Shown here: one piece after another, positions 28,803 to 38,064 of the stretch
Numbering within the stretch: position 1 is the first letter of the stretch
Layout of the letters: the number at the start of each line of letters is the position of its first letter
Source of the DNA: a virus
Taxonomy: Duplodnaviria; Caudoviricetes
Length of the DNA stretch: 41,825 nt
Virus record (IMG/VR): IMGVR_UViG_3300049477_000096
Location: 1 to 41,825 of that record
Reading direction: 5' to 3' (one strand)
The notes under the pieces: model-generated
What the model saw: only the letters and a program-made list of their open reading frames with translations
Databases searched by the model: none
What the model was told of the DNA's origin: nothing
Translations under genes and position numbers: made by a program

Positions 28803-28848
28803 CCCTAAATGTCGTGCCCCCCACCATTTAGGGGAATGGGGAGCACGA
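28803..28848 (-). promoter_or_regulatory. H-type RNA pseudoknot between the capsid stop and the next start
   Basis: Stem 1 TCGTGCTCCCCA/TGGGGGGCACGA; loop CCCTAAATG pairs with downstream CATTTAGGG. Confidence 0.75.
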
Positions 28849-28853
28849 AACGA

Positions 28854-29744
28854 CTATGAGTTGTATCGCTTGGATACAGCACCAGTCTTCTCCGCGCGGT
28901 GCTCAAGCGTAACTTCCGTTACGATTTGTGCACGCTCGCGGTCTCCATCCTTACTGAGCTTCTCAACCTTTGTTGGGCGGAGGTAGCTGATGTAATGATA
29001 GCCCATGTTCATGAGAACAAGGTCGCGTCCTGCTGCTACGTTAGCAACATCGCGGTGGAGCATTATCTTCTGAACACCAAAGTCAGACTCATAAATGTCC
29101 ACTGAGTTGGTGAGGCGCTTTGCGTCTGCATCAACATTCTTTGTGGAACCACCAACGAAACCGCTGATAGTTCGCTTAAGCTTACCGCCTACGAACGCTG
29201 TGTCTGGGAACTCGTTAGTTCCAGCGTAGATGAGTTCGAGAAGGTCATTGAAACCTGCCTCTGTCAACGTCTGTGCTGAAGCCTGAGTTGTAGCGTTAGT
29301 GGTAAGTGCTGCGATGACGCCAGTGAGACGACGTGCAACGCCTGAAGCACCAGAGGCTGCCGTTCCCGCCATGAAAGCGAGTTCGATATCCTTTGCGTGT
29401 TCTACGAGACCCTTCTCCATCTGGTGCTGCCAAGCATTGACAACGCCATTGACGGCGACTTCTGTGTCTGACACAAGAATGTCATCCTTGAAGATTTGAG
29501 TCTTGTTGTTTGCGCGTGTCGGCTGCGTGAGGTCAACTGCGGTGAAACCTGCTGCTTCGACTGCTGCATTATCTGCGGCAGCTGCAAAGGTATCTACAGC
29601 GTACTCATGGAGGGTGTTCTTCGCATCAGGTCCGCGTCGGAGACCGCTCAAAAGAGGGGTCTTTGACGGGCTGACGTTGGTTACAACATCAATGAGGTCC
29701 TCACGTCGCACGGCATCATCATACGTAATTAATCCGATAGCCAT
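28854..29744 (-). CDS. Major capsid protein (DUF5309/SU10-like, HK97 fold)
   Basis: REDLIDVVTNVSPSKTPLLS, NKTQIF, EHAKDIELAF, YESDFG, KDGD...IVTEVTLE. Confidence 0.9.
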   Translation of the reverse strand: MAIGLITYDDAVRREDLIDVVTNVSPSKTPLLSGLRRGPDAKNTLHEYAVDTFAAAADNAAVEAAGFTAVDLTQPTRANNKTQIFKDDILVSDTEVAVNGVVNAWQHQMEKGLVEHAKDIELAFMAGTAASGASGVARRLTGVIAALTTNATTQASAQTLTEAGFNDLLELIYAGTNEFPDTAFVGGKLKRTISGFVGGSTKNVDADAKRLTNSVDIYESDFGVQKIMLHRDVANVAAGRDLVLMNMGYHYISYLRPTKVEKLSKDGDRERAQIVTEVTLEHRAEKTGAVSKRYNS

Positions 29745-29756
29745 GATAGTAAGTTA

Positions 29757-30296
29757 CTACTTAGTAAGGTAGTTCTTTAGGACATAGGCTGCCATCTTTT
29801 CTTTGTTGCCGATAGCGTCTTGAAGCTCGCGCTTCGAGTCGTTGTCGTCACCAAAACGGCGACCTGTATCCATTACTGTCGGCTTTTCTACACCCTTCAG
29901 CTTTGCGAAGGTGTCTTGAAACACTTTCGACTCTGCTGCTTCCTTCAACGTCTGACCGTTCGCCTTGGCGAGAGCCTCAATGATGGGACGAGCATCTTTG
30001 AGTTCGCTATTCGACTGGAAGAAGAGTTCGGTTTCTAGTTGAGCGATGCGTTCGGAGTCCACTGAAACAGTGGTTTCCTTAACGACTTCCTTCTCAACAT
30101 CCTCCTTCTTCTTGCCAACGTAGGCAAACGTGTCCTTGATGGACTTTACTGCACTCTCTTTAGAATCAAACTTCTTACCGAGAGCAGAGTTCAGCTCTTC
30201 AAGCGTGAGGGACACGGGGGGCATAACCGTTCCTTCACCGCCTTGTGGCGTAACGTCCGCGCCACCAGGTAAGGTGTTTGGAGTATGGTCTTCCAT
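29757..30296 (-). CDS. Capsid scaffolding protein
   Basis: Charged helical protein directly upstream of the capsid gene. Confidence 0.7.
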   Translation of the reverse strand: MEDHTPNTLPGGADVTPQGGEGTVMPPVSLTLEELNSALGKKFDSKESAVKSIKDTFAYVGKKKEDVEKEVVKETTVSVDSERIAQLETELFFQSNSELKDARPIIEALAKANGQTLKEAAESKVFQDTFAKLKGVEKPTVMDTGRRFGDDNDSKRELQDAIGNKEKMAAYVLKNYLTK

Positions 30297-30343
30297 AAGA
30301 AAACTTACAATGAACTACTAATGGAGCTTGCGCTCCGCCCAAT

Positions 30344-30352
30344 AGTATAGCA
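30344..30352 (-). promoter_or_regulatory. Extended -10 TGCTATACT for scaffold and capsid genes
   Basis: Intergenic, 47 nt upstream of the scaffold ATG. Confidence 0.6.
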
Positions 30353-30355
30353 CAG

Positions 30356-30658
30356 CTACTCGTTGAACCTGATGTAATCAGGAGCCGCGGTGCTGATGTC
30401 TTGGAGTTTTGCCTCCTTAACACTTTCTATATCATTGAGCCAAGTGAGAAATAGTCCGATAACGCGGGCGCGGACCTTCGCCTCCTCCCCAACTTCTTCG
30501 TTTGAACCATTGGGGAGTGTCTTTACGCTTTCAAGCGTGTCAACATAGTCAAGAGCGCGACGCTTTATGAGCGCCCACTCTTCAGTATCAACAAAGCGCG
30601 CGAGCTGACTCTCTTGTATTAGTTCGAGTTGTTCTTCGGTGTTAGACACGTCCGACAT
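30356..30658 (-). CDS. Small protein between portal and scaffold
   Basis: 100 aa, helical; slot commonly occupied in podovirus head modules. Confidence 0.7.
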   Translation of the reverse strand: MSDVSNTEEQLELIQESQLARFVDTEEWALIKRRALDYVDTLESVKTLPNGSNEEVGEEAKVRARVIGLFLTWLNDIESVKEAKLQDISTAAPDYIRFNE

Positions 30659-32423
30659 TTTGCATTGTGTTTGCTGCTACAGACTCACCAAGCTGACCTG
30701 GTATCTGTAGGTCTCCGAGGTAGGATTGAGTATTGTCTAGTTTTGGTGCTGAACGGAGTGTCTTAGGTGCTTGGAGTCCCAAAACATCGAAGATTTGAGC
30801 CGCGGTTTCGCCCTGTGCTTCCTGTGGAACAACCTGGATAAGCTCAAGGAGGTTGCGTGCCACCGTTGCAGTATCCATCTTCTCGTTTGTAACCTGAACA
30901 CGGGTTTCAATTCCATCTACGAGAACGTCCTCTACAATGTCGAAGAAGATGTCGCCACCCTTTTCAAGCTTCCTGCGGGCTGAGTCCATGGCTTCAGTGA
31001 GTTCAAACTCTGTAGGAACAGTACCAACCTTGTCTAGTTCCTGATAGGCGTAGTAGGAAACGAGTCCTTCGCGGAGCTTGTTTATTTCATCCATGTCGGA
31101 GAAGTAGCGCACCACACCTTCTTCTTTCATCATCTTTGGAAGGGTAGGAAGGATGTGGCGTTGAATAACCTTCTCATTGAAGCGTCCAAGTGAGTCTCTA
31201 ACAATGACGAATGAGGTTTTTGAGTTCTTGTCCTGAATGACGGCTGCGGTTGCGGTGGTTGTTGAAGGAAGCGCACCACGAACAATGTCGTAGGCTGACG
31301 TGACTTCGGTTGCCCAGAACTTCGCAGTCTCTTCGTCTTTGTAGGAACCAGGACCAGCCTCTTGGATTTGGAAGTTGTCGAGGTCGTCCATGTTCGTCAC
31401 CTTGATAACGCCGTTTGAAACAAGACGAGTAAGAGCCTGTGTATTTATATTGGAACCTGCGCGGACCTTGAACAGACCAAGCTGTGCGACAGTGTTCTTG
31501 TTGATACGGAGGTTTACAATCGTGTTTATCCACTCCTGTATGTCCATTACTTTCATCGCTGGGGAGATACCATAGAAGCTCCACGGAACTTTCATATAGC
31601 GAGCTTCTTCAAACGGTTTCAAGATGTTGCCGTCGATGTCAGCATTTTTATTCTCCTTGAGGAGATGGAGTACGCAGTTACCCCGCCCAATTCCTGAAAC
31701 GACAATCTGTGCTTCCACCTCTTCCTGGTCGTTTGGATTGCCAGTGAATACTTCCTTTGGAACCTTCCCCCACATTTCATATACATCCACGTACTTTGTT
31801 GTTCGTGGGAGGGAGGTCATTTCATACTGGTCGGGTCGGGTATCTGCAACAGCTTTGTCTGTATTCTTCCACCCCATACCAGAGAGCTGGTCTTTGCTCA
31901 TCAACGCACGGTGTGTAAAACGGTAGGCTTCTTGTATTGTAAGAGCGTTGGGGTCGATGTAGACGTTGAGAGGGTCGATAATCCTGCGTTTGATAGCGGT
32001 TTTACTGTTCTGCTTTACTGAATATATTTGCATTACTGAAACAGGGTCAACACAAACGTTGAATGTCACGTCGTCCATATCCTCTCCGTAGAAGGTTCTA
32101 TCGAGGTAGGAGCGGACAAATGCGCGGAGGAGTTGCGTTACGCCGAACCTGCCAGGGACGTTAGCGTAGAAGTTGATGTCTTTTGTATCTAGGTCGACGT
32201 TCTTTCGTGTGTTGTCGACGACCATCTGTGTGAGGGGAACCCAAATCTTCTTCCTTCCCGTTATCTTATCCGTTGGGTCATCAAACACCCCCCAATAATT
32301 CTTCCGCAGTTGTCTAATAAGTGGTTTGACAGCAAACGAAACCTTATCGGTTATGTACACTGTCGGGTCTCGGTAGGTCTCCACTTCCTTTTTAACGATG
32401 GAGATAGCAAGTTCTTCGTTCAT
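30642..32423 (-). CDS. Portal protein (P22-like)
   Basis: ~593 aa after terL; PWSFYGISP, TATAAVIQ; likely start MNEELA at 32423. Confidence 0.85.
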   Translation of the reverse strand: MNEELAISIVKKEVETYRDPTVYITDKVSFAVKPLIRQLRKNYWGVFDDPTDKITGRKKIWVPLTQMVVDNTRKNVDLDTKDINFYANVPGRFGVTQLLRAFVRSYLDRTFYGEDMDDVTFNVCVDPVSVMQIYSVKQNSKTAIKRRIIDPLNVYIDPNALTIQEAYRFTHRALMSKDQLSGMGWKNTDKAVADTRPDQYEMTSLPRTTKYVDVYEMWGKVPKEVFTGNPNDQEEVEAQIVVSGIGRGNCVLHLLKENKNADIDGNILKPFEEARYMKVPWSFYGISPAMKVMDIQEWINTIVNLRINKNTVAQLGLFKVRAGSNINTQALTRLVSNGVIKVTNMDDLDNFQIQEAGPGSYKDEETAKFWATEVTSAYDIVRGALPSTTTATAAVIQDKNSKTSFVIVRDSLGRFNEKVIQRHILPTLPKMMKEEGVVRYFSDMDEINKLREGLVSYYAYQELDKVGTVPTEFELTEAMDSARRKLEKGGDIFFDIVEDVLVDGIETRVQVTNEKMDTATVARNLLELIQVVPQEAQGETAAQIFDVLGLQAPKTLRSAPKLDNTQSYLGDLQIPGQLGESVAANTMQNVGRV

Positions 32424-32429
32424 GGCGAA

Positions 32430-32438
32430 ATTATACCA
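32430..32438 (-). promoter_or_regulatory. Extended -10 TGGTATAAT (leaderless portal mRNA)
   Basis: Exactly 6 nt between TATAAT and the ATG. Confidence 0.7.
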
Positions 32439-32440
32439 CA

Positions 32441-33730
32441 CTAGGAATAGGACTGTTGATACAGGTCGTAGTCTTTCACATCATCCACGGTCTCAGCAAA
32501 GGCTTCTCCCGCAAGCGGCCATATACATAGAGCGAGGGAGTTCACACAGTCATCGTGGTAGCCGTTAGGGGCTGAATATTTAATCGTTCCGCTATCGGTA
32601 ATCGTATAGCCAAAGGACTCAAGTTCATCTATCAGCTCACTATGAGCAGGTATTCTAATACGCTTCTGCTGGATGAAGATGGAGAGCTTGTCGATGAGGT
32701 TGGCTTTCGCTTTGGTTCCTGTGTATTTGTAATCTTCCACCATTAAGTTATCCCTTCGGAGGTCTTCATAGATAGGGTCGCCTACTCCTGTGGAGTCGAT
32801 AAGTACTCTGGCGTGGTAGCGGGCAGCAACGGCTTTAATACGCTCTTTTTGGAGGTTGTAGTCAATCTTGTTGAACCGTTCTATGTAGACGACGTGGTTG
32901 TTGTAGGTATCCAATACCGTAAGAACGGTAAAGTCGTTATGTTTTCCCAGGTCAACCCCCATGATATAGGAGTGTTCATTGTTCGGCTCTTCGGTGGTGG
33001 GACCGATTATGTCTCGGACTCCTTTGAATAACGCCGCCGCGTCTTCAAGGAATGCAGCCTCATACTCTTGTTTGAATATATCCTCTGGTAGTTTCTCCTT
33101 AGCACGGTCCCACTCTTCGTGAGAAAACGTAGGGTTCGTATAAGACGGAAAGTTGAAAGCTGCATTATGGTCTTTGGCTTTAATCCACTCCTCGTAAAAC
33201 CAATTCTTCCCCATAGGAGTACTGATAAATATTGCACTACCCTTTCTACTGGCTAGCGTAGGAAAGAGGAACTGCTCCCATACTCTCCTTGGAACACGGC
33301 TTGCTTCGTCAATAATGAGCAAGTCCAACTCTTCTCCCAAGAGGGAGGTGGGGTTTTCCGCCGACTTACATTCTAACATTGAACCAGAAGCAGTCTTTAT
33401 CTTGGGATATGGTCTATTTGAAATCCCACCTCTCTGGGACGGTGCTGCAAGAGCAAACCATCTGACAACGTAGTTAAACACTTTTTGCGACAAGTCATAG
33501 GTAGGAGAGACAACCCAGATGTTCTTATTCGGTTCTAACAGGACTTTTAGGGCAATATACGCCGCTAGGTTACTTTTCCCAAACCGCCGACCACAACACA
33601 TGACTATCTCCCTCTTATTAAGAGCAACAGCCTCTAACGCTGGTTTCTGACCATCATGAGGTGTCCACTTTATAACTTCCTGGAGTTTTTTATCTGAAAT
33701 CACAACTAATAGCCCCACTGGGGCACGCAC
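32441..33730 (-). CDS. terL: Terminase large subunit
   Basis: CGRRFGKS Walker A, LIIDEA Walker B, ISTPMG, GVDLG..ND, HDDCV. True start may be GTG at 33703. Confidence 0.95.
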   Translation of the reverse strand: MRAPVGLLVVISDKKLQEVIKWTPHDGQKPALEAVALNKREIVMCCGRRFGKSNLAAYIALKVLLEPNKNIWVVSPTYDLSQKVFNYVVRWFALAAPSQRGGISNRPYPKIKTASGSMLECKSAENPTSLLGEELDLLIIDEASRVPRRVWEQFLFPTLASRKGSAIFISTPMGKNWFYEEWIKAKDHNAAFNFPSYTNPTFSHEEWDRAKEKLPEDIFKQEYEAAFLEDAAALFKGVRDIIGPTTEEPNNEHSYIMGVDLGKHNDFTVLTVLDTYNNHVVYIERFNKIDYNLQKERIKAVAARYHARVLIDSTGVGDPIYEDLRRDNLMVEDYKYTGTKAKANLIDKLSIFIQQKRIRIPAHSELIDELESFGYTITDSGTIKYSAPNGYHDDCVNSLALCIWPLAGEAFAETVDDVKDYDLYQQSYS

Positions 33731-33837
33731 GCTTATGAATATGGTAATGAGAAAGAAGAAGTAGGCATTTCAGAGGGACTCCGAGGAGCCAATCCCCTTA
33801 CTAGGGCTGTGTTCATCTATCTCACTATTCCTAACGT

Positions 33838-33857
33838 AGTATAGCATACCTTGTCAT
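33838..33857 (-). promoter_or_regulatory. terL promoter ATGACAAGGTATGCTATACT
   Basis: Extended -10 at 33843-33838. Confidence 0.55.
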
Positions 33858-34002
33858 ATTTACCTTTCCCCTGTAGGGGTACTACCTATACATTTAGCGC
33901 GCACGCGTTCGGGGGGTGGGGTGGCTTCGTTGCGCCATATTCCCGCGCTCCATGGCTCGCGCGCTACAGTACACGGCTCTGTATCACTATAGGGCGTAGG
34001 GT

Positions 34003-34086
34003 GGGTACAAAAATGGTACGGCTCGGTGCGTATGTGTGGGTGTAGGTGGTACAACAATGGTACGAACGTGGTACGAACATGGTACG
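34003..34086 (+). repeat. 11-bp-phased TGGTAC(G/A) repeats
   Basis: Copies at 34003 (GGGTACA), 34014, 34047, 34058, 34069 and 34080. Confidence 0.85.
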
Positions 34087-34370
34087 TCTCATGTCCCTAC
34101 TACCATACTATATGGGTGATATAGGTAGCGCGGGTGCTGGTAGGTGCGCGTGCTAGGTGATATACAGTGTACCTTGCACGTGTTTACGTTAGCGGGCGGT
34201 GTGACGTGTTCACGGTGGCGGGCGTGGTATCGGTGCAAAACGTTGCACTATAGCGGGCGGGCATATTGACATACTCGCGGTGTGTGTCGTTTGCTTCATG
34301 TCCACATTGTGCAAGGGTGCGGACGGTGGTACGGTTACGGGTAGACGTTCTTATACATAACAATATAGCT

Positions 34371-34514
34371 ATGATACTTCGCTACACAGCGGGTACGGTT
34401 GCCACACTTGTGGCGGTAGACTTTCTCGGCTTCGTCGCTTGGATAGCAAGCGGACAGACACCCGTGGACGGTTTCTACATAGGTGCATTGACAGCACGCG
34501 TACTCGGAATATAA
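34371..34514 (+). CDS. Small membrane protein (47 aa)
   Basis: MILRYTAGTVATLVAVDFLGFVAWIASGQTPVDGFYIG...; A/T-rich leader. Confidence 0.6.
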   Translation: MILRYTAGTVATLVAVDFLGFVAWIASGQTPVDGFYIGALTARVLGI

Positions 34515-34614
34515 CAGGCACAAGGTGGCGCGTCTCACAACGTAGGTGCGCCACATTGTGCGGGTTACAAACCGCACAGGTATACAGCTAGGGTATGCAC
34601 ATTGACAATAAAAT

Positions 34615-35634
34615 ATGGAAAAGCAAATAACATTGAAGAACAATACCGTTATGGTAACGGGCGCGGGTGAACTCTTAAATGAGGGCACGCGCTATACCGC
34701 GACATACGACACGCTACGAAAAAGCATTGACGTGTACAACGGTACACGTTCACCCCGCCACAATGAAAAGCTGGTAGCACGCGGAACACGCGGGCAAGTC
34801 ATGGACGCGCTAGACGCATACAGGGCGAAGCTCGAAAATGTCCGCATGATACCAGCGAAAGGCAAGGGCGGACGCATAGTGCGTTCGGGTAGGTTGTTCG
34901 GGGTAGAACTCGAATTAACGCGCGGTGGTGAAACGATACGCAAGCACGTGAAGCGTGCTAGCGGTCTTACATTGAAGCATGACGGCTCGGTAAATGGTGA
35001 ATCGTTAGAAATAACGACACCACCTATGTCAGGCAGTACCGCGGAATACGTGTTTAATACCGTACTAGCGGACGCGGTGACAGACTCGAAGACGGACACG
35101 TCATGTGGTATGCACATACATGTGGACGCGCGAGACTTCGCAAGGTTGCGCCAGCTTGGAAAGCACGAAGCGTTCGTGCGGTTGGTACGACTATATGCAA
35201 GTGTTGCACCATTCATGAAGAGCGTAGTACCGCACAGCAGGCGCGAAAACTCATACACACGATTGTGGAACGCGCGCGGTGTGTTCGAAACATTGTCACG
35301 GTTGCCGACAGATGACGCGCGGGTGTATATCCAAAACGACATCTGCCAAGACGACAGGTATCAATGGTTTAACCTTGTCCCGTTCTATAAAGAGGGTCAC
35401 TACGAAGTCAGGTTACACGGTGGCACGCATGACACGCGGAAAATATTAGAGTGGGCAAACTTGCATACCCTACTAGCAGACGGTGCTATGCACAAGTGGT
35501 TTACACTCGAAGACGAAAAGACAATGCTCGAAAGTGGCTCATTGAGAACGCTCGAAGTATTGACGGAACGTCTCCGGTTGTCACCACAGAGCGTTACATA
35601 TTGGCGCGGGCGTATATCACGGTTCAACGCATAA
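34615..35634 (+). CDS. Putative amidoligase (COOH-NH2 ligase, Amidoligase_2-like)
   Basis: FGVELE, KHDGSV, EITTPP, SCGMHIHV, RY..FN, EVRLHGGT. Confidence 0.88.
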   Translation: MEKQITLKNNTVMVTGAGELLNEGTRYTATYDTLRKSIDVYNGTRSPRHNEKLVARGTRGQVMDALDAYRAKLENVRMIPAKGKGGRIVRSGRLFGVELELTRGGETIRKHVKRASGLTLKHDGSVNGESLEITTPPMSGSTAEYVFNTVLADAVTDSKTDTSCGMHIHVDARDFARLRQLGKHEAFVRLVRLYASVAPFMKSVVPHSRRENSYTRLWNARGVFETLSRLPTDDARVYIQNDICQDDRYQWFNLVPFYKEGHYEVRLHGGTHDTRKILEWANLHTLLADGAMHKWFTLEDEKTMLESGSLRTLEVLTERLRLSPQSVTYWRGRISRFNA

Positions 35635-35637
35635 TAT

Positions 35638-36672
35638 ATGTGTGGAATCATAACCGCGGTCAATAAAACTGCGAAGGGTACGGCACATGTCGTACTAGAA
35701 GCATACGCACGTCAGAGCGGACGCGGGTCGGACGGTTTCGGTTTCGTGTCGTTCACGAAGGGCGGAACGGTGCAAGCATACAAACGGTGTCAATCGTTCG
35801 CTACAGCAGAAAAGCTATTGCGGGCGCATGACAATCACGCAATCATGTTTCACCATAGATACCCGACAAGTACACCAAACATAGCGGACAGCAATCACCC
35901 TATACGCGTACAAAACAAAAAATTGAAGTACACGTACTACGTGATACACAACGGTGTTATTACGAACGACGACGAACGAAGAAGCGCGCATGAGACTTTG
36001 GGTTTCAAATACACCACGGCTCTTGCAAACGGCTATCAGACGTCACGCGGGCGGTGGTACTATGACGGTACGGACACGCACAACGACAGTGAAGCGCTTG
36101 CCATTGACTTAGCATTGTTCATTGAGGGACAGACAAGCGAGATACTCGCGAAAGGCGCAAGCGCGTATGTAGTACTACAGGTACACAACGGCAAACTTCG
36201 ACGCATGTTCTACGGGCGCAACTCCGCCAATCCGCTACATACCTACAGGCACAAGGGTACGCTACTCATAACGTCACAAAACGTCACGGGCAAGGGTACA
36301 CAAGTGAAAGAGGGTGTCATGTACGGAACGAACGCACGCGGTGTTCAACTCGAAGAGCGCGCGTGCGTCATACCAACGTACACCACGTCTTACGGTTTCA
36401 ACGGCTCGACATTGTGGCAATCGTCGCTAAACAAATATGACGACAACTACAATATGATACCGTCACGGACAGAAACGAAAGAAGAGACGAAGAACGAAGC
36501 GCGTATAGCAGAACTTGAAGAGGAACGCGAAAATATCGAAGAGTTTTTGTCACTCGCGGGCGACTATGTACGCAAGTACGAAGACGACAGCGCGCGCGAC
36601 GAAGTGAAAAGCTACGGGCGCAAGCTCGACGACATAGACGCGGAATTGACTAAACTATACTCGCAAGTATGA
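35638..36672 (+). CDS. Class II (Ntn) glutamine amidotransferase with C-terminal coiled coil
   Basis: N-terminal M-CGI, RG.DGFG, HHRYPT, HP, HNGVI.N, DSE. Confidence 0.9.
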   Translation: MCGIITAVNKTAKGTAHVVLEAYARQSGRGSDGFGFVSFTKGGTVQAYKRCQSFATAEKLLRAHDNHAIMFHHRYPTSTPNIADSNHPIRVQNKKLKYTYYVIHNGVITNDDERRSAHETLGFKYTTALANGYQTSRGRWYYDGTDTHNDSEALAIDLALFIEGQTSEILAKGASAYVVLQVHNGKLRRMFYGRNSANPLHTYRHKGTLLITSQNVTGKGTQVKEGVMYGTNARGVQLEERACVIPTYTTSYGFNGSTLWQSSLNKYDDNYNMIPSRTETKEETKNEARIAELEEERENIEEFLSLAGDYVRKYEDDSARDEVKSYGRKLDDIDAELTKLYSQV

Positions 36673-36806
36673 CGCGCGAAAAACTCGAAGCATTGTTAAC
36701 ACTTCTCGACGAACTCGAAAAGACAACAGCAACGCAAACAATACGCAGACTCGCGCGCGCATTGTTTCAGAAACTAGCGCGAGAACGTTACACGGTGAAC
36801 TCCTAA
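36669..36806 (+). CDS. Small helical protein (45 aa)
   Basis: ATGA-coupled to the amidotransferase; MTREKLEALLTLLDELEK... Confidence 0.6.
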   Translation: MTREKLEALLTLLDELEKTTATQTIRRLARALFQKLARERYTVNS

Positions 36807-36840
36807 CGTCAACCCCGCAAGGGCATCACGTTACAACTCC

Positions 36841-36867
36841 ACCCCACTACCTAGCAAGTGGGGTTTT
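36841..36867 (+). terminator. Intrinsic terminator
   Basis: ACCCCACT-acctagca-AGTGGGGT-TTT. Confidence 0.75.
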
Positions 36868-36883
36868 GTTGTGTCTCGGTAAC

Positions 36884-37067
36884 GTTTCACGCGCTCGGAC
36901 TTACAACGGAAACACGGGCGCGGGCGCATGTTTCACGGTGTCGGGTATTCCCTACCCTACCGCGCAAGTCCGCCATATAAAAACGGGTTTCACAGGGTAC
37001 ACAACGTTTCACACGTTTCACGCTGGACGTTTCACGGGTTTCACGGGCGGACGTTTCACGTGAAACA
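36884..37067. promoter_or_regulatory. parS: parS palindrome plus seven GTTTCAC half-sites
   Basis: CGTTTCACGTGAAACA at 37052-37067 (15/16 to TGTTTCACGTGAAACA); half-sites at 36884, 36930, 36987, 37006, 37015, 37029 and 37038. Confidence 0.85.
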
Positions 37068-37099
37068 CCGAAAAAATCAGGGAGAGAAGAGAAGTAAGT

Positions 37100-37114
37100 G
37101 GTTGGAAACCAAGG
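37100..37114. repeat. GGTTGGAAACCAAGG copy 1 (copy 2 at 38672-38686)
   Basis: Exact 15-bp repeat; each copy follows a purine tract. Confidence 0.85.
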
Positions 37115-37234
37115 CGAGTGCGGAGCTTTTCCATATTTAGTAGTGCAAATGTTTTCAGTTATCCACAGCTACACACTTGCACCGTTGCATACGTGGGAGT
37201 AGAGTATAGATATTACCAGTAAGAAAAGCATTGT

Positions 37235-37474
37235 ATGGCACAGCACATACCAGTTGAGGCGTTCGAGAATAAAAGAATACAGAGTATCGGGCGCGCTATA
37301 AAGAATATGAGGTACTTGCGGGGGTCTATGAAGTTTCGCAAGGTAGGAGACGACGTGTGGAGTACCGAAAGGAGAGTACCGCACAGCGTTGTAGCGGGCG
37401 GGTGGGCTACGTTTGAAGTTCACTACTCGAAAGAAGACAGGAACAAGATAGAGCGCGTGTATTTAGTAGCATAA
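37235..37474 (+). CDS. Hypothetical protein
   Basis: 79 aa, first gene of the second + strand unit. Confidence 0.7.
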   Translation: MAQHIPVEAFENKRIQSIGRAIKNMRYLRGSMKFRKVGDDVWSTERRVPHSVVAGGWATFEVHYSKEDRNKIERVYLVA

Positions 37475-37483
37475 GAAAAAAGC

Positions 37484-37675
37484 ATGGAAGATAAAACTAA
37501 CGAGGAGCTTGCACTTATACAAGACCTTACCAACGAGGAGTTGATACAGATAGTGGACGATACCTACGAAGCCAACAAGCGCAACGCGCTTATCGGCGAT
37601 TTACCAGCGTTTGAGCTGGATTTACCAGCGTTCGAGGAAGCCGTGCGCGAGCTTACCCTACGCGAGGGGCAGTAG
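37484..37675 (+). CDS. Small acidic protein
   Basis: 63 aa with internal duplications (TNEEL x2, DLPAFE x2). Confidence 0.65.
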   Translation: MEDKTNEELALIQDLTNEELIQIVDDTYEANKRNALIGDLPAFELDLPAFEEAVRELTLREGQ

Positions 37676-37676
37676 T

Positions 37677-37862
37677 ATGAAAAGAGCTAACATAGAGGTC
37701 AGGCGCGGGCAGTTGTGGAAGAAGAAAGACACAGGACGGCTTGCGCTTGTCACGTCGAGAGGAAAAGATACCGTAAAAATAACGCTGTTACCGCAGAGGA
37801 ACAGAGTACATGAGACAAGAGTCAGGGATTTACAAATGTTTTGGGAACGTATAACAGCATAA
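37677..37862 (+). CDS. Small basic SH3-like protein
   Basis: Start MKRANIEVRRGQLWKKKDTGR, 1 nt after the previous stop. Confidence 0.6.
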   Translation: MKRANIEVRRGQLWKKKDTGRLALVTSRGKDTVKITLLPQRNRVHETRVRDLQMFWERITA

Positions 37863-37866
37863 ATGT

Positions 37867-38064
37867 ATGGAACACATATCAGAGTACCTACAGCAAGCCA
37901 CAGAGTTGGGAACTATGCGAGAAGACATAGAGAGAGCTTTGCAATTACTAGCCACGGGGCGTGAGATAGATACACAGGAAGCCCGTATACAGTTGTACGA
38001 AGCCCTTGGGTGTGTCCGTGGGGACGCACAGGGCATTGTAGAAGCCGAAGATAATAGTAGATAG
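37867..38064 (+). CDS. Hypothetical protein
   Basis: 65 aa, tightly packed. Confidence 0.6.
   Translation: MEHISEYLQQATELGTMREDIERALQLLATGREIDTQEARIQLYEALGCVRGDAQGIVEAEDNSR

Noticed and set aside
28427-28856. Stop read-through or frameshift making an extended capsid protein
   Set aside because: The next ATG is 52 nt away (out of frame), and its own frame has a TAG two codons upstream, so no fusion is possible.
34692-35342. 216-aa antisense ORF
   Set aside because: Shadow of the amidoligase, favoured by the local codon bias; no recognisable motifs.
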